NCBI RefSeq assembly: GCF_018350175.1
Contig: NC_058368.1
Location: forward strand, 8,494,001-8,558,000
Direction: 5' to 3'
DNA length: 64,000 nucleotides
Origin: Felis catus
Taxonomy: Eukaryota
Every line of letters starts with the position of its first letter. Positions within the stretch are counted from its first letter, which is position 1. Below the pieces are notes generated by a model. That model saw nothing but the letters and a program-made list of their open reading frames with translations. It did not search any database and had not been told where the DNA came from. Positions 12,600-25,092 of the stretch are shown here, piece after piece. The translations under genes and the position numbers were made by a program.

Positions 12600-12900
12600 C
12601 TAGAAAACCCTTGAGGCCAAAAATGCGCAGGAATTTGCACTTTTTCAGGTTTCTGGATTGTGTTTCTACCATAGAGAACATGACATTCCAGTAGGGCTTC
12701 GGGTAGCATCCTGCAATCAAATGCATTAATATTTCCAAAATAAAGCATGTGGACATCCACGCTATATGGGATTTTAAAAACACCATGTATAGCTTCATAT
12801 CAGCTTAGGTAATGTTTCGCTGTCAAACGATTTGTAAAAACAACCTTTCAGTTCTCAGATCTCTTGGCATTCAGGATTGCGGATAAGGGGTTGTGGACTT
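12600..12900 (-). mobile_element. TcMar-Tigger-like fossil (preceded by a MIR piece at ~12530-12595)
   Basis: The terminal ggattgcggataaggggttgtggac resembles a recalled old Tigger end; ctcatttgtaaaatggggataat is the MIR core. Confidence 0.5.
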
Positions 12901-13539
12901 TGGTAGTGACTCTGTTGTCTGAAATAATGGAATACGTCGAGATTAGCAAATGCACAGCTTTGGTTTATTTTGGAATGGTGAGGCATGTCCTGGATTGAGG
13001 GGGGATTCCAAAGAGCTGAGGCATATGGCAACCTTTAATAGCTGATGCTGATGCCTGCAACCTTAGAATACTGTACTTGAGCGTGAAGAAGGAGAGGTGG
13101 ACATTCCCAGATATCGGTGACTAATGTGGTTTCCATTTTTAGACAGGAAAAAAAGCAATCACTTGAATGCATCCTTGAATCTGCCTATACATACAAGCTA
13201 TGCAAAGTTTTACTTATTTAAAAACGTAACCCAAAGTTATTGCAAAACCACACAACAATGTTCTAGGTTTGCTGCGATGGTTGGATGTAGAGCACAAAGC
13301 ACAGTGTGTGGTCCTTAGTAACTCAGTAAACGTTAACTGTGTATTATTTTGTTATATAGTAGTAGACGTCAGTCAGTCACACGGCTTATTCCTTTGCCAA
13401 ATAAAATTGTTTTTTTATCAAGATTTGCTTATGGTTTAAAATGCTTTTAGCAATGGAGGAAATGATATTTTTGTATTTCTTAAAGCTTATTTTAGACTTT
13501 CCCCTCGATTTTTAACTCAGTGACCTTGGTAATGAGGTA

Positions 13540-14035
13540 ATGAGAGTTTAATTTTATGCATCAACTTGGCTGGGCCTTGGTACCCACATACTTGGTCAAA
13601 CATTATTACGGGTATTTCAAGGAGGATGTTTTTGGATGAGATTAACATTTAAATTAGTTGACTTTGGGTGAAGCAGATTGCCTTCCCTAATGTGGGTGGG
13701 CCTCGTCCAATCAGTTGAAGGTCTGGATAGACGAAAAGGCGTCCCTCTCTCATTTCCCTCCCTCCCCACCCCTAAGCCCTGGCAAGAAGGAATTCCGTCA
13801 GCAGATGGTTTTTGGACTTATGTTGCAACACTGGCTCTTCCCTGGGTCTCTGGCCTGCTGGCCTGTCCTGTAGGTTTTGGACTTGCGAGCCTCCATAATT
13901 GCGTGAGCCAATTCATTGAAATCAGTCAACCAGTCTCCTTTGTTCTCCCTCCTCACCCACCCCCATGCATGAGCACGCACCCACACACCCTGTTGTCCTA
14001 TTGGTTCTGTGTCTCTAGAGATCTCTGAAGAACAC
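13540..14035 (+). mobile_element. MLT2-type ERVL solo LTR
   Basis: ttaattttatgcatcaacttggctgggcc...gagattaacattt...aagcagattgcc...gtgggtgggcctcgtccaatcagttgaagg...cctattggttctg. Confidence 0.85.
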
Positions 14036-14759
14036 ACCCTCTCTTAACCTCATTTGGTTTCTAAATTTACCCAATGAGATGATGGAAAACTATCTCCAAG
14101 GTTTTGTTTGACACCACGAGAAGATATTTGGATCTGAAGCAGCTGGATTTGGTGTTCGGAAGGTGTCCAAGATGGCTCAGGCCATCAGATGGGAGGCTGG
14201 GGCAGGAGAGGGGGTGGGCCTTGGCAGGGGGACAGAGACACTGAGCTCAGCTGACAGCTGGCGATGGCCCGAGGAGAAGCCACGGGGAGGTATCCAGAGG
14301 GCACTTGGATTATGGTTATCACCGGAGGACAGTGAGTCACAGAGGGACGTTAACTGACGCAGGCAGGGTCCCTGGTGTGGGAGGAGCTGGGTCGCCAGCC
14401 TCAGGCCCCATAGGGGAGCCCGGCAGCTGGGGCCTCCACCCAGTGGATCGTAGTGAGGATGCCATCCTGAGTGTCCTAGAGACCGCACGCCTGCCTCCTT
14501 ACCAGATGGGAGTAACTGGGACACCACGTCTCCTGAATGTTCACTGTGTCCCCTGCTGAACGTTGGTCACTTTCCTGAGCATAGGCTCTTCGAACAGGAC
14601 TGGCCTCAAGTGTCTGAGGTCTGTTCTCGCGCAGCCCGACGCTCAGGTGGGAGGTCTGAGCTGCAGAGGCTTATTGTCACCTTGCCCTTTGTCAGTAGTG
14701 GCAGTAATAGTCTGTGTTCACAGATGTTTGTTCAGTGTTTGTCCCTGCAGCGCTCCACT

Positions 14760-14952
14760 TGTCCCCAGAGAACCACTGGCCCAGGACGCTATCAAATTTA
14801 AAATGAACTCACGTTACGTAAAATTAAAAATGTAATTCTTTAGTCACAGTGTCCACGTGTCAGGCGTTCAGTAGACACACGCAGCAAGTGACTTCCAGAC
14901 GACACAGATGGGGGACATTCCCATCGTCACAGAAAGTTCTATCGGACAGTGA
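14760..14952. mobile_element. MER3/MER33-like hAT-Charlie fossil
   Basis: cattcccatcgtcacagaaagttctatcggacagtg terminal motif. Confidence 0.55.
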
Positions 14953-17355
14953 TGTTTTCTGCTCTGGGGCTTTGCACACATTCTCTCATGCGTTTTGGAG
15001 TGAGAATTATTATTCCCATTTTTTTTTTTTTTAAAGACGGGGCAAGTGGCCCAGAATGACAGCTCCAAAGTGACCGAGCTGGGAACTCAAACCTGGTCTC
15101 TCAGACTCCCCTGGAGCCCCTGAGTCTGCTGTGTCTGGACTTGTCAGCCTGTGGGTTGTGGTGAGCCCCACGTGTGCAAGGAGTCTTCCCTTGCCCTGGG
15201 TGAAGGATGGATGCCTGGATGGAAAGGTAGAGGAGAGGGGAGAGAGTGAGGGGGGAGGACACAGGAGTTCCAGAAGGACACAGGAGCTGAGACTGTCCAG
15301 TGCGGCACAGGGAATCACAGTGTCCCTGGGATTGGTGCCATGAGGTCGTTAATCTTCGCCAGGGTGGGCTCAGTGCAGGGGAGAGGAAACAAGCTGGATC
15401 TCAGGGCTCTGAGGAGCAAATGCGGGACAAGGGAGTGAGGAGAAAGAGACAGGGGAGCTAGGGAGAGACACGGGGTCAAAGGACACAGGACATTTTTAGG
15501 GCTGAGCAGGTCCGACGTGGTTGGTGGACTAAGCTAAGCCTGTCTGTAGGAACCAGGCTAGGAGTAACTTCGAGGGGAGCAGTGGGGATGCTGGTGACCC
15601 CGAGACACGTGCCCCGAAGGGGCAGCCATCGCACTGTCCCCGGTGACTCTTGCTGGGAGGCCATGGTGACTTTCTGTTGCCACATTCCGGACATCTGGAT
15701 TTTTATGTGAAGCGTCCCTAATTATGAGCCCGTAAAAAAATGTCATAACAGGTTTTTTTTTTTTCCATAAAAAACATACACCCCACCCATACCACCTTGA
15801 AAATGGTCAAGGTGGTAAATTTGATGTGCTGTGTATTTGACGCCCCTCCTCCCCACCACGTCCCTGGGCCATTTGGGCACATAGGCTGGAGTTTGTAACT
15901 CATGGGCTAGCGGGATAGGTCGGTGAAGAGCAGGGGCTCTGTCTCTTGGCCGAACAGTAAAATCCTAAAGCCCAGGCCAGGCCCTGAGACAGTGAAGTCA
16001 GAGCGTCTGGGGTGGGACTCAGACCATCCATCAGCCATGAGCAGGTGGTTTCTGTGTACAACCAGCGTTAAGAGCCTCTGGCGTAGAGGAGGAAATAATT
16101 GGAGGATAAAGACCCCGAATAGACAGGAAGGGGTATCCTCAGAACCCGGGTATAGGGGACCCCCCAGCTTCTAGGACAGCAGGGACAAGAGCGAAGATAT
16201 GTGCAGAGTACGCATCCGATTTGCAGCACGCGGCTCTTGCTGTAAGAGGACAGAGGCTTCTGTTGTGTCCAGATGGGAGTCGAATCCCTGCTTGGCTTCC
16301 CCAGTTGTGAGGTGAGATGACAGACACCCCGTCCAGCCCACCACGTTCATCTACACCTCGGATGCCAGTTTTGGACACACGTGTTGTAAAGCAGAAGTGT
16401 CACAGCTCTCAGTGACACCCTTTCAGGAGTCTCACTATGTCTTTCGGTGTCTATCCCCGCTCCTCTGCGAAAGCAGCTACGGATTCACTTTGGGGAAAAC
16501 AGAGAATCAGAGAAAGGGATTTGTGAGCAGAGAGATGAGTCAGGAAAAAGATGAAAGTCTAAACATATAGGGCCACTGACAGAGCTTTTTAGCGAATGGA
16601 CCGAGTCCAGGGTACTTACCGAATTTGGACAGTTATTTCAAAAAATATATAATTCTCCCTTGAGGTGCAAACACAGGAAACGTCCGTTAATTATCGAACA
16701 TTCAGAGAGGTGCATTAGGTGTCGACAAAGACCTGAGGTGTTCCTCAGAGAAAGCGCTTTTTATTAAAGGGGAGTGTGTTTATGTGTACTAAAAATTAGG
16801 GAAGGTTTTGGATAATTCGGTGGGGGAGGGGACGGAGTTGCGTTTACCCCCTGGATGGAATGTAGTTTGATAGAAGCTCATGCCTAAAATATTGGTTTAA
16901 TATGAGAAAGCCCCTTCGCAGCACGAAACTGTCGCTCGCCTGGTAATCAAAAGCAATTGTTTTGCAGAACAGCTTTGCAGTAGTTGGATTCAATTGGGCT
17001 TGGACCAGATTCCAATCAAAGGATGCAAATGCTTTCTTGTCAACGGTTGCATCGGCTTAGACGCGTCTGAGAGGGGGATTTATATTGATTCCCTGTAATT
17101 TAAGATACTCTGTCGGGCACGCATTATAAAATTCTTAAGGCCGGAGAGCGCGGGGAGCTGGGATTCTGCCGGCTGAGTCGGCTGCTGGTTGGAGAAGGGG
17201 ATGAATTCTCATCTTGCCCAAGACCTAACCGGGGCAAGAAGCTTAAGGAAATGAGGCCGTGACAGTGACACCTTTTCAGAGAAGGGATCAATGTAGGAGG
17301 CAGTTTTAGGGAAATGTACGGAGTTCAGGTGTACAGCTAAGAAATTAAAAAAAAA

Positions 17356-17570
17356 GGGGCGCTTGGGTGGCTCCGTCGGTTAAGCGTCCGACTTCAGCCA
17401 GGTCACGATCTCGCGGTCCATGAGTTCGAGCCCCGCGTCGGGCTCTGGGCTGATGGCTCAGAGCCTGGAGCCTGCTTCCGATTCTGTGTCTCCCTCTCTC
17501 TCTGCCCCTCCCGCGTTCATGCTCTGTCTCTCTCTGTCTCAAAAATAAAATAAAAATGTTAAAAAAAAAA
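17356..17570 (+). mobile_element. Young felid-type Can-SINE
   Basis: ttcagccaggtcacgatc and ctctgggctgatggctcag variant; CpGs retained. Confidence 0.93.
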
Positions 17571-18628
17571 TTGGCCTCATTAACAGAATCCATACTCAGG
17601 TTCCCGCGCCCAGGAAAATACCCTGCAGCAAACTCGAAGAGGTGAATGAGGCTTAGATTTGGCTGTTGGTGATGGGAATGAACGGAGGAAGTCAGGGAAT
17701 GAGGGTTGGTTCACCTGCTCCAGAGGCCCCTGTTTGGGTGCCCACAGATGGGGGTCTGCCTATGGGAGGCCTGCTGGGAGGACCAGGATGGGCGGTTGCC
17801 GCCTTGTACCTTCTGTTGGGGGCCAGTGTGACGGGGAGGTGGGGTGGGCTGAGGACTGACACTACTCCTCAAGAGGGCTGCCGTGCAGAGTTGCTGGGCC
17901 CCCTTTGCCAGGTTGCCTCATTTCCAATGGAAGTCAGAAACCCGGATGACTTACGGAGAAGTCCCTAATTTATTAGGCTGGCTGATAATGAGGTCACATC
18001 ATTACACTGTGAGAACCAAATAAAAATGCCTCTGTAGGGCAGAATTGGCCCCTGGCCTGCATCTCGGCCCCCGCCACTGCCTCTTTACCAGGGGTTTGTG
18101 TGGAAGGAGCACACCAGAACCTTCTTCCCTGTGAGGCACTATGAACTCACTGGGAGACGTCTGGTGGTTTGGGGCATCACTGAGTGATTCATTCGGGTGA
18201 CATTGGTTGACAAACGTGCTCTGTGCCAGGCGCAAGGTGGGTTGGGGGTCGGGGGCACGGGGCTTCCAGGCAAGGAGATCTTGGAGTTCATTCTGGGGCT
18301 TTGGAAGGAGTTGATATGTTCATGGAGTGATGTGTTTCTATGTGATTAGAGAAAGCCCACGTGGGAGAATGGGGGTGGGGAGGAGGGGCATGATATTGGC
18401 AAGTTACATTTTAACTTGAGAGCCGAGGGCTTTATGGTTAGGGTTGTGCTGTGTGAACAAAAGGGAGCCCTTGATAGAGAGGTGACATCACATTCACATA
18501 TTTAAAAAGAAGCCTCTGGCTGGTGCTGGGCAGAGGAGCACGGTGGGACGTGGGCTCATGCATCCTCAGCTTAAGGGCTAGATTGAAAGTTTAAAAATCC
18601 AAAACTTAAACTTAAAAACGAAACTAGA

Positions 18629-18812
18629 GGGGCACCTGGGTGGCTCAGTCGGTTAAGTGTCCGGCTTCAGCTCAGGTCATGATCTCACGGTCCGTGGGTT
18701 CGAGCTCTGCGTCGGGCTTTGTGCTGACGGCTCGGAGCCTGGAGCCTGCTTGGGATTCTGTGTCTCCCTCTCTCTCTGTCCTTCCCTTGCTCACACTCTG
18801 TCTCTGTCTCTG

Positions 18813-18847
<35 letters not shown>

Positions 18848-18871
18848 GAGAAATAAACATTAAAAAAAAAA
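18629..18871 (+). mobile_element. Can-SINE with expanded (CTCTGT)n
   Basis: Full head and tail; flanks aaaacgaaactag / aaaactacactag. Confidence 0.92.
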
Positions 18872-21179
18872 CTACACTAGGTTTTGGTTCATTTAAGACC
18901 GCAGCTATGTTAACACATGCAGTGGGGTTCTGTGGGGCTGTGGGTGATGTAGGAGAGGATATACGTGAACTCTGCAGAACCACATGTACGAGGACACTTG
19001 ACTGTGCTGTCCAGCACAAGCAGACAGATGTTTTACCTGACCTCTGAGTGTGTTTTCCCTGGTTTATGTCCTTCCAGGTGGTATATCAGTTATGAAACTC
19101 AGCTCTGCCTCTTCTGAGCTCAGATTTTACATTTTGTCTTCCCTCCTTCCTCTTAGTGCAAATGTCCTGGGGTTGGAGGCGGCACCCAGGCAGGAGGGAC
19201 ACCCCTCTGGTCATGGGTCCCGGGTCCAAGCAGTTCCCTCCGACATGCCTCAGAGTCCCTCTGGCCTAGCCACTCTCCTCTCTGTCTTCTGTCCTGGGAA
19301 CCAGGCATCCTAAGGGCCCAGCCCAGGCCCCATTGAAGCCCTTCCTTCCCAGGCTCTGCTGGCTTTGAGGCAAGGCCAGCACAGAGCCCAGCCTCCTCCA
19401 GGAACCCAACTCTCTCTCCTTCTCAGGCCTCGGAATTGACTTTGGGGAATCCCATCCCCCCTTGTCTATACTATAGTTCTCACTGGGGATTGGGGCGGGG
19501 GGGGGGGGCTCCTCCTCTGCCTGAAACCTTTTCCCCTCTGTGGGTTTAGGATTTCGAAACAAAAGCTAGGCAGGGAAGCGTCTTACAGGCCGCATCTGCT
19601 CTCCTCCTTCTGAGTCACAGACCTCTGCTGAGACGGGCAGTGTAGAGCCAGCGAGCTGCCCTGGGGAAGCAGGCAGAGAAAGGGGAAACAGGAAAGAAAT
19701 GATTATTTCGACCCATGTGTTTTCAGTGGCACATGAATGTAACCGTTGGCTTCAGACCCCAAAGGGAGCAGATATGAGGACTGTGGGAGAGGAGGGAGAG
19801 GAGGAGGGGGATTCAGGACCTGCCTGGCTAAGCAGCCCGTGCCAGCAGGTGGGAGGGGGAGGGAGCGGCAGAGGGGGAAGGGGATGGTTTCCACCTGCTG
19901 CACCCACACAAGAATGGCGACATTTGGCCTTGGGCACGGGTGCTCCTTAGGAGCATTGGTGTCCCGGGCTGCCGCCCCAGTTAGGAGATCTACCCCCTTC
20001 ACCCACCCAGGGCTTGTGGGAGGGGGATGCCCAGCCCTGGAGGACGGAGTTTGTAGCTGTGTGCGCTGCCTCTTTCCTTGAGGGTGAGGAGCACGGGTCG
20101 TGAGCTCCCACGGGGGGCAGGAGAGGAGAGCAGGCCTTAGCTCAGCCTCCCCCATACACGGGGAGTGATGAAAACTGGACGTTAGCGGCATCGAAAGCTG
20201 TAAACAGATTTCACGCCTGTCACATTTCCAGGAAGGTGCTAATGGGTATTTCTTTCATACTTGTATTTTCAGTAGTTCATAGTCACCCGCATAGCTTGGC
20301 TCGTCCTGGAAGGTTCTCGGACTCTGTCTGGCTGTCACCACCCTTCCCCCTGCCCCATGCCCCTCTGGGCCTCTGGAAGACTCCAGTCCTGGCCGCTTTT
20401 ATCACACCCCCGTTGCCCCAGCAGAGCACTTACCACACTGTGTGTGAAATGTCAGCATTACTTGGTTAGTGGCCTCTACTCCCCTTAATGGCTGGAAGCT
20501 CCTTGAGAGAGTGGAGTGGGGGGAGGTATCTTGTTTTCCATTTTATTCCCAGGGCCTTGCACAGAGGTGGGGGAGCTCTTTTGCAGTGTCAGTGAGTGGT
20601 TTTCTGACAAGGTGGCACTTGAGGAGAGGCCCGAAGGTGACTTTGTCTGCCTGTGTTCTGGGTGTCAGATTCTCTCCCCTCCTCAGAGACCTCACTCATT
20701 GACCATCTCCTGTTTTCTCCTTGACAGCCTCCCCCGATCAGAATTTCACCATGTGCAGCACTGACCCCTCAGAAGTAAGGAAGGAAGAAAGGAAGGAAAG
20801 AGAGGAAATGCAAGAAGTGAAAACCTCCTTGGACCCTCCCGGTCCATGCCCAGTGAAGAAGTTGTCCTCTCTTGCTTTCTTCCCTTCTCCTTCCATCCCT
20901 TGGAGTCTGGCTGGAACTCTGCAGAAACTGCTTTTGTTAGGGCCCCTAACAGTGTACTTGATGCCAGAGCCAGTGGAACATTTGGGGGACTTTTTAATTT
21001 AGCTTGTGGGCAGAATCTGAGACTGGCGAACGCTCCTCTTACAAACTCTGATTTCCCTTACATACAGTCTACACCACCGGATTCTACTGTTTCCCCCTCG
21101 CCCTCCAGCTGTTCTTCCTCAGTCTCTTTTGTAGACTTCTCTTCCCCTACAAGAGGTCAGCCCTGAGCCCTCTTCTCTG

Positions 21180-22510
21180 TTCCTTCTAAGGCTCATCCTA
21201 GGTGCTTTTATCTATTTCCGTATATAAATAACCTTCTCCAAACCGAAGACTTCCAAATACACATTTCCAGCCAGTATTTCTCATCACCAGATTCCATATG
21301 GCCAATCCCCTTCCAGCGTGTTGGCTTGAACACCTTCCGCACATAGTCTCCCCATGTCACGCCCAGTCCGTCCTGCTGCTGAGTGTCCCGTCAGGCTGAT
21401 GAGTGCCGCCATATTGGATACCCGTCCAGTCACGTCAGGACCCAATTTCTGACATTTGGCCTCCTAAATGGCCACGAATCTGCCCTGTCCCCCTTTCCTC
21501 TATCCCCGCTGTCCTCTGCTGTGCTCCTCCAAACGCCTCCGTCCCTCCTGCCCCGCTCTATTCTGTCCCATCTCAGGCTGCAGGAGAACTGCCTTCCTGA
21601 AGTGTAGACGTGGCTGTGCCACAGCTCTGCTGAACACCCGTCACCAGCTCCCATGGCCGTTAGGGTAGGGTCAGGCCACTTAATGGGGGGGCCAGACCCT
21701 TGCCCGTGTGCACATAGTCATCTCCTCATTTCCTTTTATAGTCCTTGCCCAAGACACTGAATGGGCTTCAATTCCTGGAAAACTCCACTTTCTCACTTTT
21801 GAGCCTTTGCCCCAGCTTTCCTTTCTTCCTGGGATACTTGTCATAAGGCTTTTATTCTGAGTGGGATGGAGACCCATTGGAGAGGTTTGAAGAGAGGGAT
21901 GATGTGACCTAATTTGTATTTTAATTGATTTTACTATTTTGAGAGACAGAGAGAGATGAATGGGAGAGGGGCAGAGGGGGAGAGAGAGAGAGAGAGAGAG
22001 TGAGAGAGTGTCTTAAGCAGTCTCCATGCTCAGCAGGAAGCCTGACGCAGGGCTCAATGTGAGGCTCAATCTCAGGACCCTGGCATCATGACTTGAGCTG
22101 AAATCAAGAGTCAGACGCTTAACTGACTGAGTCACCCAGGCATCCCATCTAATTTGTGCTCTAAAAGTCTCCCTCTGTTTGCAGGGTTGAGATTAGAATG
22201 TAGGGCGGGATGTTGGAGACCTTGTAGGAAGCTGTTCCAGGGATCTCATTGAGAGAAGTTGGTGGTTTGGGCTGATGGTGGCCTTGGAGGTGGGAAGAGG
22301 TGGGCAGATGCTGGGACTGTGTTTGAAAGGATACCTGACAGAACTTGATGTCACAGATGTCTGCAAGTTCTCTGTCCCAAGCCAACTGGATGGATGGGCA
22401 TGCTGTCAGTCAAAATGCAGGCAGACTGTGGGTGAGGCAGATGTAGACAGAGGTGGTGGGATTGGATGGGAAACGCAGCAGCTTAGTTTTCTGTGTGCTG
22501 AATTCGAGAT
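21180..22510. mobile_element. L2 fragments (both orientations), interrupted by a SINE
   Basis: ttccaaatacacatttccagcc; ggcttttattctgagtgggatgg...ccattggagaggttt; atactgtttgaaagg-type L2 motifs. Confidence 0.55.
21917..22146 (-). mobile_element. Can-SINE
   Basis: ctgagtcacccaggcatccc head; TSD ctaatttgt. Confidence 0.88.
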
Positions 22511-22529
22511 GCATTCAATGCCTCTGTAG

Positions 22530-23233
22530 GTGTGGCAGGCAGAGTAATGGCCCCAACGATATACTTATGTCCAAAGGTGCTTTGTAGATGTGATAAAGTC
22601 AAGAATGTTGAGGTGGGAGCCTATCCTGGGTTATGCAGGTGGACCCAGTGCCATCACAAGGGTCCATATAGGAGGGGGCAGGCACGCCAAAGTCAGGGAA
22701 GGAGCCATGATGACCAGAGCAGGGGTCGAGTGAAGTGATTTGATGATGAAGAAAGGTGCCATGAGCCAAGCCATGTGGGTGGCCTTTGTGCATTTTCCAG
22801 AATCCATTTTTCCAGCTTCTAGCTGGAGAAGGCAAGGAAGTAGATTCTCTCCTGGAGTCTCCAGAAGGAGCATACCTCTACTGACACTTTGAATTTTTTT
22901 TTAATTTTTATTTATTTCTGAGAGAGAGCGAGCGAGTGAGCATGAGCGGGGGAGGGGCAGACAGCAAGGGAGACGCAGAACCTGAAGCAGACTCCAGGCT
23001 CTGAGCTGTCAGCAGGGAGCCCAACATGGGGCTCGAACCCATGAACCACGAGACACGACCTGAGCTGAAGTTGGGTGCTCAACCGACTGAGTCACCCGGG
23101 TGCCCCAGCTCTACTGACACTTTGATTTTAGACCACAAGACTCTGACTTCTAGAACCACAAGATAATAAATTTGTTTCATTTTAGGCCATTAAGCTGTGG
23201 TGCTTTGCTTCAGAAGCAACACGAAAGTAATAC
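22530..23233 (+). mobile_element. MLT1-type solo LTR split by a SINE
   Basis: tgtggcaggcagagtaatggcccc...ggcaaggaagtagattctctcctggagtctccagaagga...aagataataaatttgtttcattttaggcca. Confidence 0.82.
22893..23108 (-). mobile_element. Can-SINE with perfect 17-bp TSD
   Basis: TSD ctctactgacactttga at 22876-22892 and 23109-23125. Confidence 0.94.
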
Positions 23234-23676
23234 GGTGGAGATGTGGAGTACGTGGCCTTCTGTACGCGTCTGGGGCTTGGGAATGCTAGCCTCCCCTGCA
23301 TTCTGCTCTCACTCTTCACAAGTCAAACCAACATGCCCTTGTGGCATCTGCAGCTACCCTGAACAGTAAAAACCCAGGAAGAGTTTTTAGCAAGTGTGCT
23401 GAATAGATTCCACAAAATAACACAGTGTAAATTTCCTGCCTATTATTGGAGTCTCATGCCCACACCATAGTCCACAGACAATGTACCCGTATTTCTTCAT
23501 ACGTAACTTTAATGTCTATAGCAATGTGGTTTCAGATTATAGAAAAATAGGAAAAGTTATGTTCTGAAACAGAAATAGAGCTGTGAGACATAATATTTAA
23601 GTCATAACAAGAAAAATAGAAGTAAAAGGGAGGCCGTTGTATTTGAGCTCATAGTTTAGGGGCAAAAAGGATCTTT

Positions 23677-23889
23677 TTTTTTTAAATTTTTAAAAATTTT
23701 ATTTATTTATTTTGAGAGAGGCAGCACGAGTGGAGGAGGAGCAGAGAGAGGGAGAGAGAGAGTCCCAAGCAGGCTCCATGCTGTCAGCACAGAGCCTGAC
23801 ATGGGGCTCGATCTCAGGAACCGTGAGATCATGACCTGGGCTGAAATCAGGAGTTGGATGCTTATCCAACTGAGACACCCAGGTGCCCC
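23677..23889 (-). mobile_element. Can-SINE
   Basis: TSD gggg(c/t)aaaa(a)ggatcttt. Confidence 0.92.
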
Positions 23890-24387
23890 GAGGGGTAAAA
23901 GGATCTTTAAACCCTAGTGGTTAATCCTTAACACCATTACTGTAATACAGCATTAGCCCGATGACTGATGTTCATTTAAAATGATCAACCCAAGTCCACG
24001 TGGAAATACTAAATTATTTTTGATGTACTACTTTAAGAAAATAGGAAGCCATACAACATATCTTATAAACTGTTAATGTAATTCAGACTGGCTCTTAGAT
24101 ATGATTTCATTGCTAGAAAATTAACTTATGTAGAACCCCTAGTTCCCCAGTGATGCCAGGTAATAGGTATCATTGAACTTTGGCTCTGGATAAATTCACA
24201 AACCATTGGTTGACAATTAGGTTCTAATTGTGCATAGATCCTGTTGTGAAAGCCTTTCCCTACAGAATTTCAAATAACTAAAAGTAGGATAAGGGTAGCC
24301 CAAAAAAGAGCAATCTACTAGAAGTTCACTTCCCAAATTAGACCCAAAGCAACAGCTTTGCTATAACAATGGGTTGGAGAGAGGATT

Positions 24388-24574
24388 GTTTTTTTTTTTT
24401 AAGTTTATTTATTTATTTTGAGAATGAGACAGAGAAAATCCCAAGCAGAGGAGGGGCAGAGAGAGAGAGAATCCCAAGCAGGTTCCATGCTGTCAGCACA
24501 GTGCCCGATGCGGGATTTGATCTTGCCAATCATGAGATCATGACTTGAGCCTAAATCAAGAGTCAGATGCTTAA
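24388..24574 (-). mobile_element. Head-truncated Can-SINE
   Basis: Body ends at gtcagatgcttaa with the A box missing; internal duplicate aatcccaagcag. Confidence 0.85.
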
Positions 24575-24659
24575 GAAAAAAAGGTTTTTTTCTTTAAATT
24601 TCTTCAACAATCATTCTCTGCTTACTGGGTACCCAGCATTTTTTAAAAGCCCTTTGCAG

Positions 24660-24830
24660 ATAATTTCTAATTGAATTCTCATAGCAACTCTGAGTTAAGC
24701 ACTATCATCGTTCCCATTTTACAGATGGCAGAACTGAGGCGCGGAAAGATCAAGTAACTCAGGTTCACCTAGCTGGTCAGTCTAGACCCAAATCTAGAGA
24801 GTCTGGCTCCAGAGTCCATGCTCTTAACTT
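24660..24830 (-). mobile_element. MIR
   Basis: cccattttacagatggcagaactgaggc core. Confidence 0.75.
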
Positions 24831-24863
24831 TGCTGTGTGCTGGCCTTACGAGATCTTTTCAAC

Positions 24864-24869
24864 GTTTGT

Positions 24870-24901
<32 letters not shown>

Positions 24902-25092
24902 ATTTTTGGGACAGAGAGAGACAGAGCATGAACAGGGGAGGGGCAGAGAGAGAGGGAGACACAGAATCGGAAACAGGCTCCAGGCTCTGAGCCATCAGCC
25001 CAGAGCCTGACGCGGGGCTCGAACTCCCGGACCGCGAGATCGTGACCTGGCTGAAGTCGGACGCTTAACCGACTGTGCCACCCAGGCGCCCC
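24864..25092 (-). mobile_element. Young felid-type Can-SINE, perfect TSD
   Basis: TSD cgagatcttttcaac at 24849-24863 and 25093-25107. Confidence 0.95.

Noticed and set aside
17356..17440. tRNA genes at SINE heads
   Set aside because: The A/B boxes belong to tRNA-derived Can-SINEs, followed by SINE body, (CT)n and A tail.
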